Below, piece by piece: positions 48,167-57,334 of a DNA stretch of 64,000 nucleotides. Made by a program: the position numbers and the translations under genes. The DNA comes from a virus (lineage: Duplodnaviria; Caudoviricetes). The stretch covers positions 32,001 through 96,000 of the IMG/VR virus record IMGVR_UViG_3300025357_000908. One strand, given 5' to 3'. The notes below the pieces were generated by a model. The model did no database searches and was not told the origin of the DNA. It saw only the letters and a list, made by a program, of their open reading frames with translations. Numbering within the stretch: position 1 is the stretch's first letter; each line of letters begins with the position of its first letter.

Positions 48167-49705
48167 ATGCATAAAGTAGTCATAGTTGGTGGTGGTACTG
48201 CTGGTATTATGTCAGCAGCAATAGTTAAATCAGCGTTTAAAGAAAACGTTGAAGTGACTTTAATTTATGACCATAAAAACCCGGGTATTGGAGTAGGGGA
48301 AAGCTTAACACCATCATTAAGAACGTTTATGCAACAAACAGGTCTCAAGGAAGGAGAGCTAATAAGAAATGTTAATGCTACAATTAAAATAGGTTTAAAA
48401 TTTAAAAACTGGTTAAATGACGGCAAGTATTACTATCATGGGTTTAGTCAAATTAGTGTAGCAGCGCATAATAATTTATCTGCAGCATACGCCATAGCTA
48501 ATAATATATATGACATGGATAATATGTTTCCGAATTATTATTTTGAAAACCATTTAGTCCCTAAACATACATCTTTTTTACCTAAACCCGCTGGAGCTAT
48601 AGAAAACCCCGTACAAGCGGACATATTAAACAGTACCACTTTACACTTAGATGCCACGTTACTGAGTTCTTTTTTAATAAGCAAATTTAAAAACAGTCTT
48701 AAAATTATCGATGATGTAGTTTTAGACGTAACCCTTAAAGATGAAAGCAATATTGCTGAGCTTATACTTAAAAATAACGGTAAAATTTCTGGAGATGTTT
48801 ATATCGATGCAACAGGGTTCAGCCGGGTGTTAATGAAACGACTAAAAAACAAATGGAACGATATGTCTGATTGGTTACCTATTGATAAATTTATACCTAA
48901 CCCTGTACCCACCACACACACTGAATTACAACCTTATACAACTGCTGAGGCAACTGATAACGGGTGGATACTGCAAGTACCTTTACAAAATAGATGGGGT
49001 ACTGGCTATTTATATAGTTCTCAGTTTACTTCTGATGATGAAGCGTATGAAAAATTTGATAAGTGGTCTAAGTTGACATACGGTAAAAATATAAATAGCA
49101 ACAAGTCACTGAGTTTTAAAAGTGGCTACTGGGAAGACCAGTGGGTAGGTAATTGTTTAGTGGTAGGCTTAGCCAGCGGTTTTGCAGAGCCATTAGAAGC
49201 AACAAACATACATCATACTATTAATCAGATTAGTCAGTTCTGCAAATATTATAACCCTCCAATGTTAGAATGGGATCGAATACCTTATAATAAAATTCAA
49301 AAAATTTCATATGAAAACATTTATCTTTATTTGAGATTCTGTTATACAACAGGAAGAACAGACTCTGAATTTTGGAAGTACATGACCAGTACCACACCTG
49401 TTATAGTAAAACATTTAGATGATAAATTAAAAAGCGGCTATTTAAACGTACTGGATAACGCAAGCGGTATTATGTTTAACGCTATTAATTTTACTTGTAT
49501 AGGGCATGGTCTAAATAAGTTTAATGCTGATAAAGTAAAAGATGCACTTATAAAAAACGGTCAATACACTCGATCTGAAAATTTATACAAAAAGCTTATG
49601 CGGGCAAGAGACCTGGAAAAGAATAACGTTATTACCAGTAATAATTACATTGATGCCATCCGCGGTAGACGTGGAATAGATGGCAAGTATTTTAAAATAC
49701 TATAG
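48167..49705 (+). CDS. tryptophan-halogenase-like flavoprotein
   Basis: GGGTAG, IGVGES, ATIKIG (catalytic Lys position), IDATGF, GWILQVPL, FAEPLEAT. Confidence 0.88.
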   Translation: MHKVVIVGGGTAGIMSAAIVKSAFKENVEVTLIYDHKNPGIGVGESLTPSLRTFMQQTGLKEGELIRNVNATIKIGLKFKNWLNDGKYYYHGFSQISVAAHNNLSAAYAIANNIYDMDNMFPNYYFENHLVPKHTSFLPKPAGAIENPVQADILNSTTLHLDATLLSSFLISKFKNSLKIIDDVVLDVTLKDESNIAELILKNNGKISGDVYIDATGFSRVLMKRLKNKWNDMSDWLPIDKFIPNPVPTTHTELQPYTTAEATDNGWILQVPLQNRWGTGYLYSSQFTSDDEAYEKFDKWSKLTYGKNINSNKSLSFKSGYWEDQWVGNCLVVGLASGFAEPLEATNIHHTINQISQFCKYYNPPMLEWDRIPYNKIQKISYENIYLYLRFCYTTGRTDSEFWKYMTSTTPVIVKHLDDKLKSGYLNVLDNASGIMFNAINFTCIGHGLNKFNADKVKDALIKNGQYTRSENLYKKLMRARDLEKNNVITSNNYIDAIRGRRGIDGKYFKIL

Positions 49706-49835
49706 AAGTGATAGTTTATTCCTATAGATTTTTCTTATATTATATGAAAAAGCTTAACTAAGTATTTGTGCTGGTGACAACATCCAGCATAACAACCAAA
49801 GCCCCCGGGCGGCGGTTCTAAACAAAACAACACAT

Positions 49836-50021
49836 ATGCAAGCAATAATAATAACAAGTTATCTTGCTGTTGGTGGTCTTGTTAGACTCGCATACGAGGA
49901 CTATAAGATAGGTAACAGTAAGGTAAAGTCAGAGTTCGTTGAAAGTGTTAAAAAGTTTTGGGTAGGGTTTAAAAAAGCTTGGAAAGAAGCTATTTCAGCC
50001 CCACATCAACATCTATTTTAA
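49836..50021 (+). CDS. small protein with hydrophobic N-terminus
   Basis: 61-aa ORF with its own promoter, structured leader and terminator. Confidence 0.6.
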   Translation: MQAIIITSYLAVGGLVRLAYEDYKIGNSKVKSEFVESVKKFWVGFKKAWKEAISAPHQHLF

Positions 50022-50044
50022 TGCTATATGTTAGAATAATAACG

Positions 50045-50079
50045 CCCGGTTTGGAGCAATCTGAACCGGGTTTCTTTTT
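50045..50079 (+). terminator. intrinsic terminator
   Basis: CCCGGTTTGGA-GCAA-TCTGAACCGGG then TTTCTTTTT. Confidence 0.85.
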
Positions 50080-50119
50080 AATTGTAAAAACGTAAGATAG
50101 TTATAAATATTTATACTTT

Positions 50120-51349
50120 ATGAAAATATGTGTATTGGGGGGAGGTACAGTCGGGTCAATGACACTGCTAACTATATTTAGATATATTCCGTTCATTGAT
50201 TTACGTCAATACCCTCAAGCTCATAAAGACGTTGACGTTACATGTATATACGACTCGAATATACCGCACTTACAGGTTGGAGAAAGTGCATCCAGTATTG
50301 TAAACAAAACACTCAGTACAGTGTTTAACACCCCTGTAACGGAATTAATAAAAGAATTTGATGCTACAATTAAAACGGGTACGAGATATTTTTGGACTAA
50401 AGCTAATGGAAACGTATTTGATGTACAGGTATTATTAGATGATAAAACACCAGCAAAGAGCTTACATATCGATAGTAGTGAGTTCTCTAAATTTGTTATA
50501 AACAAACTAAAAACATGCAAATCAAATTTTACTACCATAGATGATACAATAACCGATGTAACGCAAGATAGTAAATCAGTAAAGTTAAAAGGTAATAAAG
50601 GGCTATATGAATTTGATTTTTTAATTGATTGTAGAGGTACACCGTCAAAAGAAGATTTAGCTAATAAGGACATTTATACCCCACCCAAATTCGAATATGT
50701 AAATTCAGTTATACTGTATCCAGAGTATAAAACTTATAACGAAAGCTATACATCAGTTCATGTACATGAAAATGGCTGGATGTTTGGTGTACCTTTAAGA
50801 AAACGAAAGGGATGGGGGTTTTTGTATAATAATAATTTTTTAACTACCGAAGAAGCGATTAAACAATTTTCTACAATAAAAAATATTGATGCGTCTACTC
50901 TTAAAAGAATGACATGGAAGCCTTATTATAGAAACAAAGCATTAGATAATAAAATCCTGTATTTAGGTAGTAAATTATACTTCTTTGACCCGCACGGGGC
51001 ATTACCATTACATTTTTATAATTCTATTGTTTCGTTCGTACTTAGAGGAGTACTTTTAAACGTACAAGACTATGATGAATTTGTTAAAAGTTCAAATACA
51101 TGGTATTTAAAAAATTTACAGTCAATTCAGGATTTAATCTCTATAAATTACTGTGGACCTAATGATATTAAAAGTGATTTTTGGGACTACGCTAAATCAA
51201 GTTCAACTAAATTTTTAAAAGAATCTACACATTTTAATAATGCTATTAAAATGCATAAAAAAGGGTTATTAGCTGGTTACTGGGCATACCCTAAGGAATA
51301 TTTTTATAGTATTATTAACGGATATAAAATAGATTTAAGTAATTTTTAA
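50120..51349 (+). CDS. divergent tryptophan-halogenase-like flavoprotein
   Basis: GGGTVG, VGES, ATIKTG, IDCRG, GWMFGVPL; TATAAATA at 50102-50109. Confidence 0.75.
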   Translation: MKICVLGGGTVGSMTLLTIFRYIPFIDLRQYPQAHKDVDVTCIYDSNIPHLQVGESASSIVNKTLSTVFNTPVTELIKEFDATIKTGTRYFWTKANGNVFDVQVLLDDKTPAKSLHIDSSEFSKFVINKLKTCKSNFTTIDDTITDVTQDSKSVKLKGNKGLYEFDFLIDCRGTPSKEDLANKDIYTPPKFEYVNSVILYPEYKTYNESYTSVHVHENGWMFGVPLRKRKGWGFLYNNNFLTTEEAIKQFSTIKNIDASTLKRMTWKPYYRNKALDNKILYLGSKLYFFDPHGALPLHFYNSIVSFVLRGVLLNVQDYDEFVKSSNTWYLKNLQSIQDLISINYCGPNDIKSDFWDYAKSSSTKFLKESTHFNNAIKMHKKGLLAGYWAYPKEYFYSIINGYKIDLSNF

Positions 51350-51356
51350 ACTATAC

Positions 51357-51992
51357 ATGAACAAATCAACATCAATAGATATTAATTATCTTTCGTATGC
51401 ATGCGACTTACAAGGCAATTGTGCTTGGTCCTTAAAAGCAGGTAGTCCTGATATTAAGCAGGTACCTACGCCAACCGATAACAGTACTGCTTTTTTACCC
51501 GATAATCCTACTCAATATGCAAGTATTCTTAAACTTGCTGATAGAGCTAATATTACATTAAATGACTTAGTAGTTGCTCAAGGTAGTGAATGCACTGTAG
51601 ACGTAAACAATAATGTAACTGCTACAGTTACTGGAACATTTGGCAACCCCACACCCAATATTGGCAATCAGGTTTTTAGTGTAAAGGGTAATTGCAACGT
51701 TACCATTAATGGTACACTAAAAGGAGCAGGTAATAGAATGAATGCAGATATTCTTGTAGATAACTGGTCTGACCAGGACTATTCCGGTAGCACAGTCGAT
51801 CTTACTAATGCTAAACACGAAACCGGTAGAAAGTTAAATGTAGTGTATCGTATTGGTTCAAGTAAGATAAAAGGTGATTGTAATAAACTTTTATTACCGT
51901 CAATTGGTTTAACAGCTTATTATTATCTTAAACTATTAGTGCGTAAAGTAATGAGAATCAAGCAAGGACAGAAAGGCCCAAGTTTTTTGTAA
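51357..51992 (+). CDS. hypothetical beta-rich protein
   Basis: Asn/Thr/Gly/Val-rich beta-helix-like body with a hydrophobic then basic C-terminus. Confidence 0.55.
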   Translation: MNKSTSIDINYLSYACDLQGNCAWSLKAGSPDIKQVPTPTDNSTAFLPDNPTQYASILKLADRANITLNDLVVAQGSECTVDVNNNVTATVTGTFGNPTPNIGNQVFSVKGNCNVTINGTLKGAGNRMNADILVDNWSDQDYSGSTVDLTNAKHETGRKLNVVYRIGSSKIKGDCNKLLLPSIGLTAYYYLKLLVRKVMRIKQGQKGPSFL

Positions 51993-52060
51993 AATCCTTT
52001 TACAAAAAAAAAAACTAATAAAAGTTGCTTTATTTTAGCAATAATATATAAATATAGAGT

Positions 52061-52801
52061 ATGAAGAAACTATTAACATTCCTCACATTAACCTTAATCG
52101 CAATCGTAGCAAAAGCTGCTCCAGTTAGCGGTGACTTAGACGTTGGATTTACTTCAAAGTTAATCCAACAAGGTCTATTAGTCGGTACTAACTACGCAAC
52201 TGCTGGCGTTGGTACAAATGTATACGGCATTGATCTTGCTGTAACAGCATTTGACAAAGTTAGCTCTACAACCACGTACTCAACTGCTGTAGTTGCTGGT
52301 AAATCAGTAACAACTGCAACAACCGATGCTTCTGGTCTAAAACGCGTTTATCTTGATGCAGGCTATAAGTTCACGTCTCCTCTCGCTGACTTAACACTCG
52401 GTGCAGAATTAAGACATATTAGCTCGACTGAAACCACAGGTGCTAATCACAACCTACTACCATTCGTTAAATTAAGTGGTAGTTGGTTCGGTGGCCATCT
52501 TAACTGGCAGGGTCGTGCACTTAACGATACAGTTAATCGTAGCAACAATTATGAATTCGGTGTCAACACACCAATTAATACATTCGGTGCTCTTAAAGTT
52601 GTTCCAGCACTTGTTGTTGGCTTTAATGACCCAGGCGCTGCTACCATTGCTGCTCTTAAGAACGTTAAGAAGTATTATCAACCAGGTGTTGGTCTTGAGT
52701 TTCACGGCGTAACAGCAAATCTATTTGCTCAACGTACTGACTTAACAAGCTCAGCTAACCAAATTACTGGTTATAACGTTGGTTATAAGTTCAAATTCTA
52801 A
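52061..52801 (+). CDS. outer-membrane beta-barrel (porin-like) protein
   Basis: Signal peptide MKKLLTFLTLTLIAIVAKA, alternating amphipathic strands, C-terminal YNVGYKFKF beta-signal. Confidence 0.8.
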   Translation: MKKLLTFLTLTLIAIVAKAAPVSGDLDVGFTSKLIQQGLLVGTNYATAGVGTNVYGIDLAVTAFDKVSSTTTYSTAVVAGKSVTTATTDASGLKRVYLDAGYKFTSPLADLTLGAELRHISSTETTGANHNLLPFVKLSGSWFGGHLNWQGRALNDTVNRSNNYEFGVNTPINTFGALKVVPALVVGFNDPGAATIAALKNVKKYYQPGVGLEFHGVTANLFAQRTDLTSSANQITGYNVGYKFKF

Positions 52802-52824
52802 GCTTAAATAAAGCTTAAACAATT

Positions 52825-52855
52825 AAATCTCTCACTTCTGTGAGAGATTTTTTTT
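52825..52855 (+). terminator. intrinsic terminator
   Basis: AAATCTCTCAC-TTCT-GTGAGAGATTT plus T-run; overlaps the stop of the convergent gene. Confidence 0.85.
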
Positions 52856-53056
52856 GTGTTCTGAGATATGGAATTGCATTGCTCTGTTAAGCTTATGCAG
52901 AAATTTATCCGGTGCTATACCGGCTTTTTCTTGTAGAATTAATTCTTCTTTTAACACACTTAAAAACTTTTTAGAAAGATTAAAATCTCTCGGATAAAAT
53001 ATCCGTTTTTCTTGTCTTATCATGCCATAGCTTTCCATTAATTCTTGAAATTTCAT
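52832..53056 (-). CDS. small late protein (putative internal head protein)
   Basis: MKFQELMES resembles the T4 capsid-targeting sequence; TAAATA at 53070-53075. Confidence 0.55.
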   Translation of the reverse strand: MKFQELMESYGMIRQEKRIFYPRDFNLSKKFLSVLKEELILQEKAGIAPDKFLHKLNRAMQFHISEHKKNLSQK

Positions 53057-53170
53057 AATAATTTAAATATATTTACTACATTTACATGATAGTTATATAA
53101 TATTAGTTAATTAACAGGATATATTTGTTTTAAACTTGATTTAAACCGAATTTATAGTATTATTATATAA

Positions 53171-53890
53171 ATGAAAGCTGAAACAAGTACATCTTCCGAA
53201 CAACTCGCTATTAATGCTCCTTTTAAAGGAGAAGTACTCGGGTTTTTTCCTATACCGGTAGCTAAATGCAATCTCAGCAAATATTCTGTGTTCAATACAG
53301 CCGCTACACAGCTTAAATCCACGAAACTTAAAACACATAATCAAATTTCTTCAAAAAAATTAGCGCATGCGTTTAGTCAAGAAAACTATCTTTTAGAAAA
53401 AGAAGAATTTTTTAATATTAAAAATATTATTACTGAAAAGTGTACGCAGTATTTAAATCAAGTGCTAAATTTCGAAGGCATGGCAAAGGTCACTCAAAGC
53501 TGGGTGAATTGTAATGCTCCGGGTGATATAACCCACACCCACAATCATCCTAATTCAGTTGTTTCAGGTGTACTTTACCTGGAAACTGATAGTATCAACG
53601 GGAATATAACATTTTATAAACATGCTCAAGACAATGGTGCTGGCCATTCCTATTCTTTACTACCATCTATAATAGATAAACCTATTAACCCGTCTTTTTT
53701 TAAAGCTTTTGCTACAACACAACACACAGTTAATGTAGTTCCAGGGGATCTTGTCTTGTTTCCTTCTTATCTTTTACATTCAGTGCCTGTTAACAATAGC
53801 GCTACAGACAGATGGAGTTTAGCATTCAACTCAATACCCACCCCACGTCTGGGAGCAAGTGAACATTTAACAGAATTAAAGCTAAACTAA
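53171..53890 (+). CDS. 2OG-Fe(II) oxygenase (TIGR02466-like)
   Basis: QSWVN, HNHPNSVVSGVLY, LFPSYLLH, RWSLAFN. Confidence 0.9.
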   Translation: MKAETSTSSEQLAINAPFKGEVLGFFPIPVAKCNLSKYSVFNTAATQLKSTKLKTHNQISSKKLAHAFSQENYLLEKEEFFNIKNIITEKCTQYLNQVLNFEGMAKVTQSWVNCNAPGDITHTHNHPNSVVSGVLYLETDSINGNITFYKHAQDNGAGHSYSLLPSIIDKPINPSFFKAFATTQHTVNVVPGDLVLFPSYLLHSVPVNNSATDRWSLAFNSIPTPRLGASEHLTELKLN

Positions 53891-53933
53891 TTTTATACTT
53901 GAATAACAATAAAAATAACTTATAATATAATAT

Positions 53934-54422
53934 ATGTCAAAAGAAGAATACGTTAAACTACAAGCTGTTATTGCAGCTTTACAAAAAACCGTGGAAGACC
54001 AAGAAAAGATTAATGAAATTATTGATCTACTAAGCAATAACACGGTTGCTGTAGACGAGTCTGCTTCACCTGAAGAAGCATTGCAGGAAGAAACAACGGA
54101 TACAGATGAATCCGATGAACCTAAAGTAAAAAAACAATACGTTATGCTTGTTTCTGATACAACCGGTATTATCGACAGAGATCTTACTGGGTGGGTTCTT
54201 CAGATGCCTGAAGATGAAGACGTAAGAGATGTAGTTGATTGTATAAAAAAGGGCGCATACAACTTTAATGCTTCGAAAAAAGGCCAAAAATACCCGGTTT
54301 CCTCAATAGGACAAGCGATCGCTAATGTTGGTAATAAGTTCTTTAAACCATATAACGTGAGTATTAAGACTAAAGAACCAATTCTTATCGTTACAACAAA
54401 CAACATTCTACCTAAAGGTTGA
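53934..54422 (+). CDS. hypothetical protein
   Basis: Promoter TTGAAT-N16-TATAAT (53899-53926) ends 7 nt before the ATG. Confidence 0.65.
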   Translation: MSKEEYVKLQAVIAALQKTVEDQEKINEIIDLLSNNTVAVDESASPEEALQEETTDTDESDEPKVKKQYVMLVSDTTGIIDRDLTGWVLQMPEDEDVRDVVDCIKKGAYNFNASKKGQKYPVSSIGQAIANVGNKFFKPYNVSIKTKEPILIVTTNNILPKG

Positions 54423-54424
54423 TT

Positions 54425-54616
54425 ATGTCTGGCAAAGGCAGTAAACCACGTCCTTTCTCGGTTTCTCAAGATACATACGGGGAAAATTGGGATAATATTT
54501 TTAAAAAAAAGCAACCTGACCATGATAAGCACATGGCTGCTACCGATTGGTCTCAAATGTTAGGAGAGCTACCCGAAGATTACAAAGAAAACAAGAAAAA
54601 ACGCTCAAAAAACTAA
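54425..54616 (+). CDS. small hypothetical phage protein
   Basis: GKGSKPRPFSV...YGENWDNIFKKK, a pattern common in T4-like phages. Confidence 0.65.
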   Translation: MSGKGSKPRPFSVSQDTYGENWDNIFKKKQPDHDKHMAATDWSQMLGELPEDYKENKKKRSKN

Positions 54617-55458
54617 GCAGGAAGTATGAAACCGGACGGGTCATAAACAGCTGGGCACTTAACCCACCCGTCACAGTATACATCTTTAGGGTTTAAGTCA
54701 AATAGTGCGTCTGGCCCAAACCAGACGCCTGGTATAATTACCTTTTTTTCGGGATAATTTGAAAGATAAGCACCCCACCACGTAAAAGTTGAATTAGAAA
54801 TAACGAAATTTTGACATAAAGACAGGAACCAGAGTGCTTTATGTCGTTCGTAGTTTATAAATACAGTATTAGGTAATTTAATATTTTCTCTACACCACTG
54901 TAGGTCGTCGCTAACTACAAAAATAGTATCTACTTTAGGTAACATTTCTGCTGCTTTGTGTATATAGCTTGCAGAAATAACTGGATGACGCCGTGGAAAG
55001 TTTAAAAAATCACCCCTTCTTACATTAATTACGGCATTTGTTCCGTTTTTTAATTGCGGGTAGTCTTGATATGCCTGGTTAATAAACTCTTCTGTAGGGC
55101 CAAATAGCTCTTTTACCTCTTTTGCATAATCTTTAAAATATTTTTCACTTTCAAAATAACCTCTAAATACGGTTGGTTTAGAAGGGTGCGGAGTGTACTG
55201 GTTATAATGATATGTTGCGTGTATAGTGTGTACATTTTCACCAGGCTCAGGGGATTTATCCAATAAAAACTGTAGTTTTCTATGTACAGTATCATAATAG
55301 TCACTCACTGAAGTATCATGGCGGGGTAATACTAACTGTCTTTTATGTCTTAACGATTGTGCATATACATTAGCTATTTGAAACATTTGATTGCCTAAAC
55401 GACCAACCATATGACAGGTAACAAAATTGGGTTCAAATTGAGAAGAATATGTACTCAT
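54613..55458 (-). CDS. GT11 alpha-1,2-fucosyltransferase-like
   Basis: GRLGNQMFQ, GYFES, NVRRGDF, SDDLQWC, NSTFTWWGAYL. Confidence 0.9.
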   Translation of the reverse strand: MSTYSSQFEPNFVTCHMVGRLGNQMFQIANVYAQSLRHKRQLVLPRHDTSVSDYYDTVHRKLQFLLDKSPEPGENVHTIHATYHYNQYTPHPSKPTVFRGYFESEKYFKDYAKEVKELFGPTEEFINQAYQDYPQLKNGTNAVINVRRGDFLNFPRRHPVISASYIHKAAEMLPKVDTIFVVSDDLQWCRENIKLPNTVFINYERHKALWFLSLCQNFVISNSTFTWWGAYLSNYPEKKVIIPGVWFGPDALFDLNPKDVYCDGWVKCPAVYDPSGFILPA

Positions 55459-56141
55459 TATACTTTAACAATATTTAATCTCTTATAAGACTCTTCCCAG
55501 TGAGTAATACCGGGAGCTCTACCATAAGCATCTAAATCACTTGCACCATCTCTCTGTGCAACAGCTAATGGATACACAAAATACTTCTGTATATCTTTTT
55601 GTTGGCCTAACCACCCGTCAAGTACTGCATCCTTAGCTGGAGCATATCTTAGTAGTTTTTTAAAGGCTTTTTTATTATAACCAACAGCATGTGTAGTCAA
55701 AACAGTGTTAGCTTTAAGTAGGTTTTCTGAAACTTGCTGTACAGGGTTATCAAAAACATACCCTCCAAAATAAATCATATCCCAGTCCGGAAAATTTTGT
55801 AGTTGATCTAAAGCCTTTTCTACGATCTGTAAACCAGTCTCCGGTCCCTTATTATAAAACAGTATATCGTCTTCAAAGACTAATATACGCTCAAAGCCGC
55901 TTTGATCCATTTTTAAAAATAAATTATATAGTGACTCGCTAAACGCATAAAAAGATTTAACGAATTCTGGCTCATGAGCAGGAAGTACATAATTTTTTTC
56001 TTTAACGTCTATACATTTATGTCTTTCAAAAAAACCTTCGAGTCCAATCGCTTTAATATCTTTTTCAAGCTGGATTCTACGATCAGTTCGTCGATCGAGA
56101 TTCATATAATATCCTTTTTGAAAAAATTCGTTAATTTTCAT
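55458..56141 (-). CDS. GT25-like glycosyltransferase
   Basis: YMNLDRRTDRR, LVFEDD, WDMIYFG, TTHAVGY. Confidence 0.8.
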   Translation of the reverse strand: MKINEFFQKGYYMNLDRRTDRRIQLEKDIKAIGLEGFFERHKCIDVKEKNYVLPAHEPEFVKSFYAFSESLYNLFLKMDQSGFERILVFEDDILFYNKGPETGLQIVEKALDQLQNFPDWDMIYFGGYVFDNPVQQVSENLLKANTVLTTHAVGYNKKAFKKLLRYAPAKDAVLDGWLGQQKDIQKYFVYPLAVAQRDGASDLDAYGRAPGITHWEESYKRLNIVKV

Positions 56142-56149
56142 TTATATTA

Positions 56150-57331
56150 TCAAGCTGTTATAGTTTGAATAAAGTCTTCCCACATTTGCCCGACTTTATG
56201 TGCATTAAATTTGTTTAGTATATAATCTTTACCTCTATTTTGTAAATCTGCTTTTACTTCTGGGTTGCTTTCAAGGTAATTAACTGCGTCAGCAATTTTT
56301 GCTGTATTGTCTCTAAATATACCCTGTTCATCTTTAGTTAAAGATTCTTTTTGTATTTTTTCTGGGTCTGCACCGTTTGGAAAATCAATCCATTTGCAGT
56401 AACCATCAAAGTTTTCAGGTAATGCTCCTAAAGGATACGTAATTGGTATAGCACCTAATGCAATTGCTTCAGCTACTACACAAGAAAATGTATCTTTATG
56501 AACATCTTGGTAAGGAGTGTACAGCGGGTAGATAAAATACTCACTTTCAGCTATGTGCGTAAATAATGTTTTTTTATCTACCCCCTCATGCTTATAAAAA
56601 AACGAATCCTCGTGAGGGTGAGTACAAAGCAAGTAATCAAAAGCGTGTAACTCAGCATCAGGCCAATTCAATTCTCTTAATGTTTGAACCGCTACGTTAC
56701 CACCTCTTGGCCATGCAGCATGATAAACTACCTTATGCTTCTTTTTTACTGGTTTAATATCTAAAACCTCGTTAATAATATCGTCCATTACTGGGTTAGG
56801 TATTAGAGTACTAATAGTGTTATCATAGCGACTTTTTGTAGCTTGAATAGTATGTTGATTCATACTTTTTTCCCAATTAGATATATTAACAAACCCCAGT
56901 CTGAGCTTATTGTTTTTTGCGTATGATATTAACTCGTCAATGCCGTATATCCACTGCATATGGCACCAGTATATTAAAGCTTTACTGACTGTTATCGGTA
57001 GTTTAACATAATCATGAAACCAAAGACTACTAATAACTATATCAAAATCTTTATTTGCAATATTAGTAAAATCAATGTCTGTGTAATACACACCTCTAAC
57101 CTTTTTACCAGCATTAAAATACAATCCCTTCTCGGCATATGCTTTTTCAAGTTGCGGCTCAAGTTTATCTGATGTAACCACCACTTCATGTCCGAGCAAT
57201 GCCAGTTGTTCTGCAACAATTATAGTACTACCATCAGTACCAGAACCACCACCATTACCGTACCGTAACGTGTCTCCGTCTAAATAATTACTTCTACGAC
57301 TGTTACCTATTAATATAAATGCTATTCTCAT
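56150..57331 (-). CDS. GT-B (GT4-like) glycosyltransferase
   Basis: GGSGT, LGHEVVV, IPNP, DTFSCVVAEAIALGAIPIT...GALPE. Confidence 0.8.
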   Translation of the reverse strand: MRIAFILIGNSRRSNYLDGDTLRYGNGGGSGTDGSTIIVAEQLALLGHEVVVTSDKLEPQLEKAYAEKGLYFNAGKKVRGVYYTDIDFTNIANKDFDIVISSLWFHDYVKLPITVSKALIYWCHMQWIYGIDELISYAKNNKLRLGFVNISNWEKSMNQHTIQATKSRYDNTISTLIPNPVMDDIINEVLDIKPVKKKHKVVYHAAWPRGGNVAVQTLRELNWPDAELHAFDYLLCTHPHEDSFFYKHEGVDKKTLFTHIAESEYFIYPLYTPYQDVHKDTFSCVVAEAIALGAIPITYPLGALPENFDGYCKWIDFPNGADPEKIQKESLTKDEQGIFRDNTAKIADAVNYLESNPEVKADLQNRGKDYILNKFNAHKVGQMWEDFIQTITA

Positions 57332-57334
57332 AGT

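Noticed and set aside
49801-49835. preQ1-I riboswitch (GGTTCTA followed by an A-rich tail)
   Set aside because: No 3' strand for the P1 stem after the GGTTC loop, and the downstream gene is not a que gene; kept only as an unclassified structured leader
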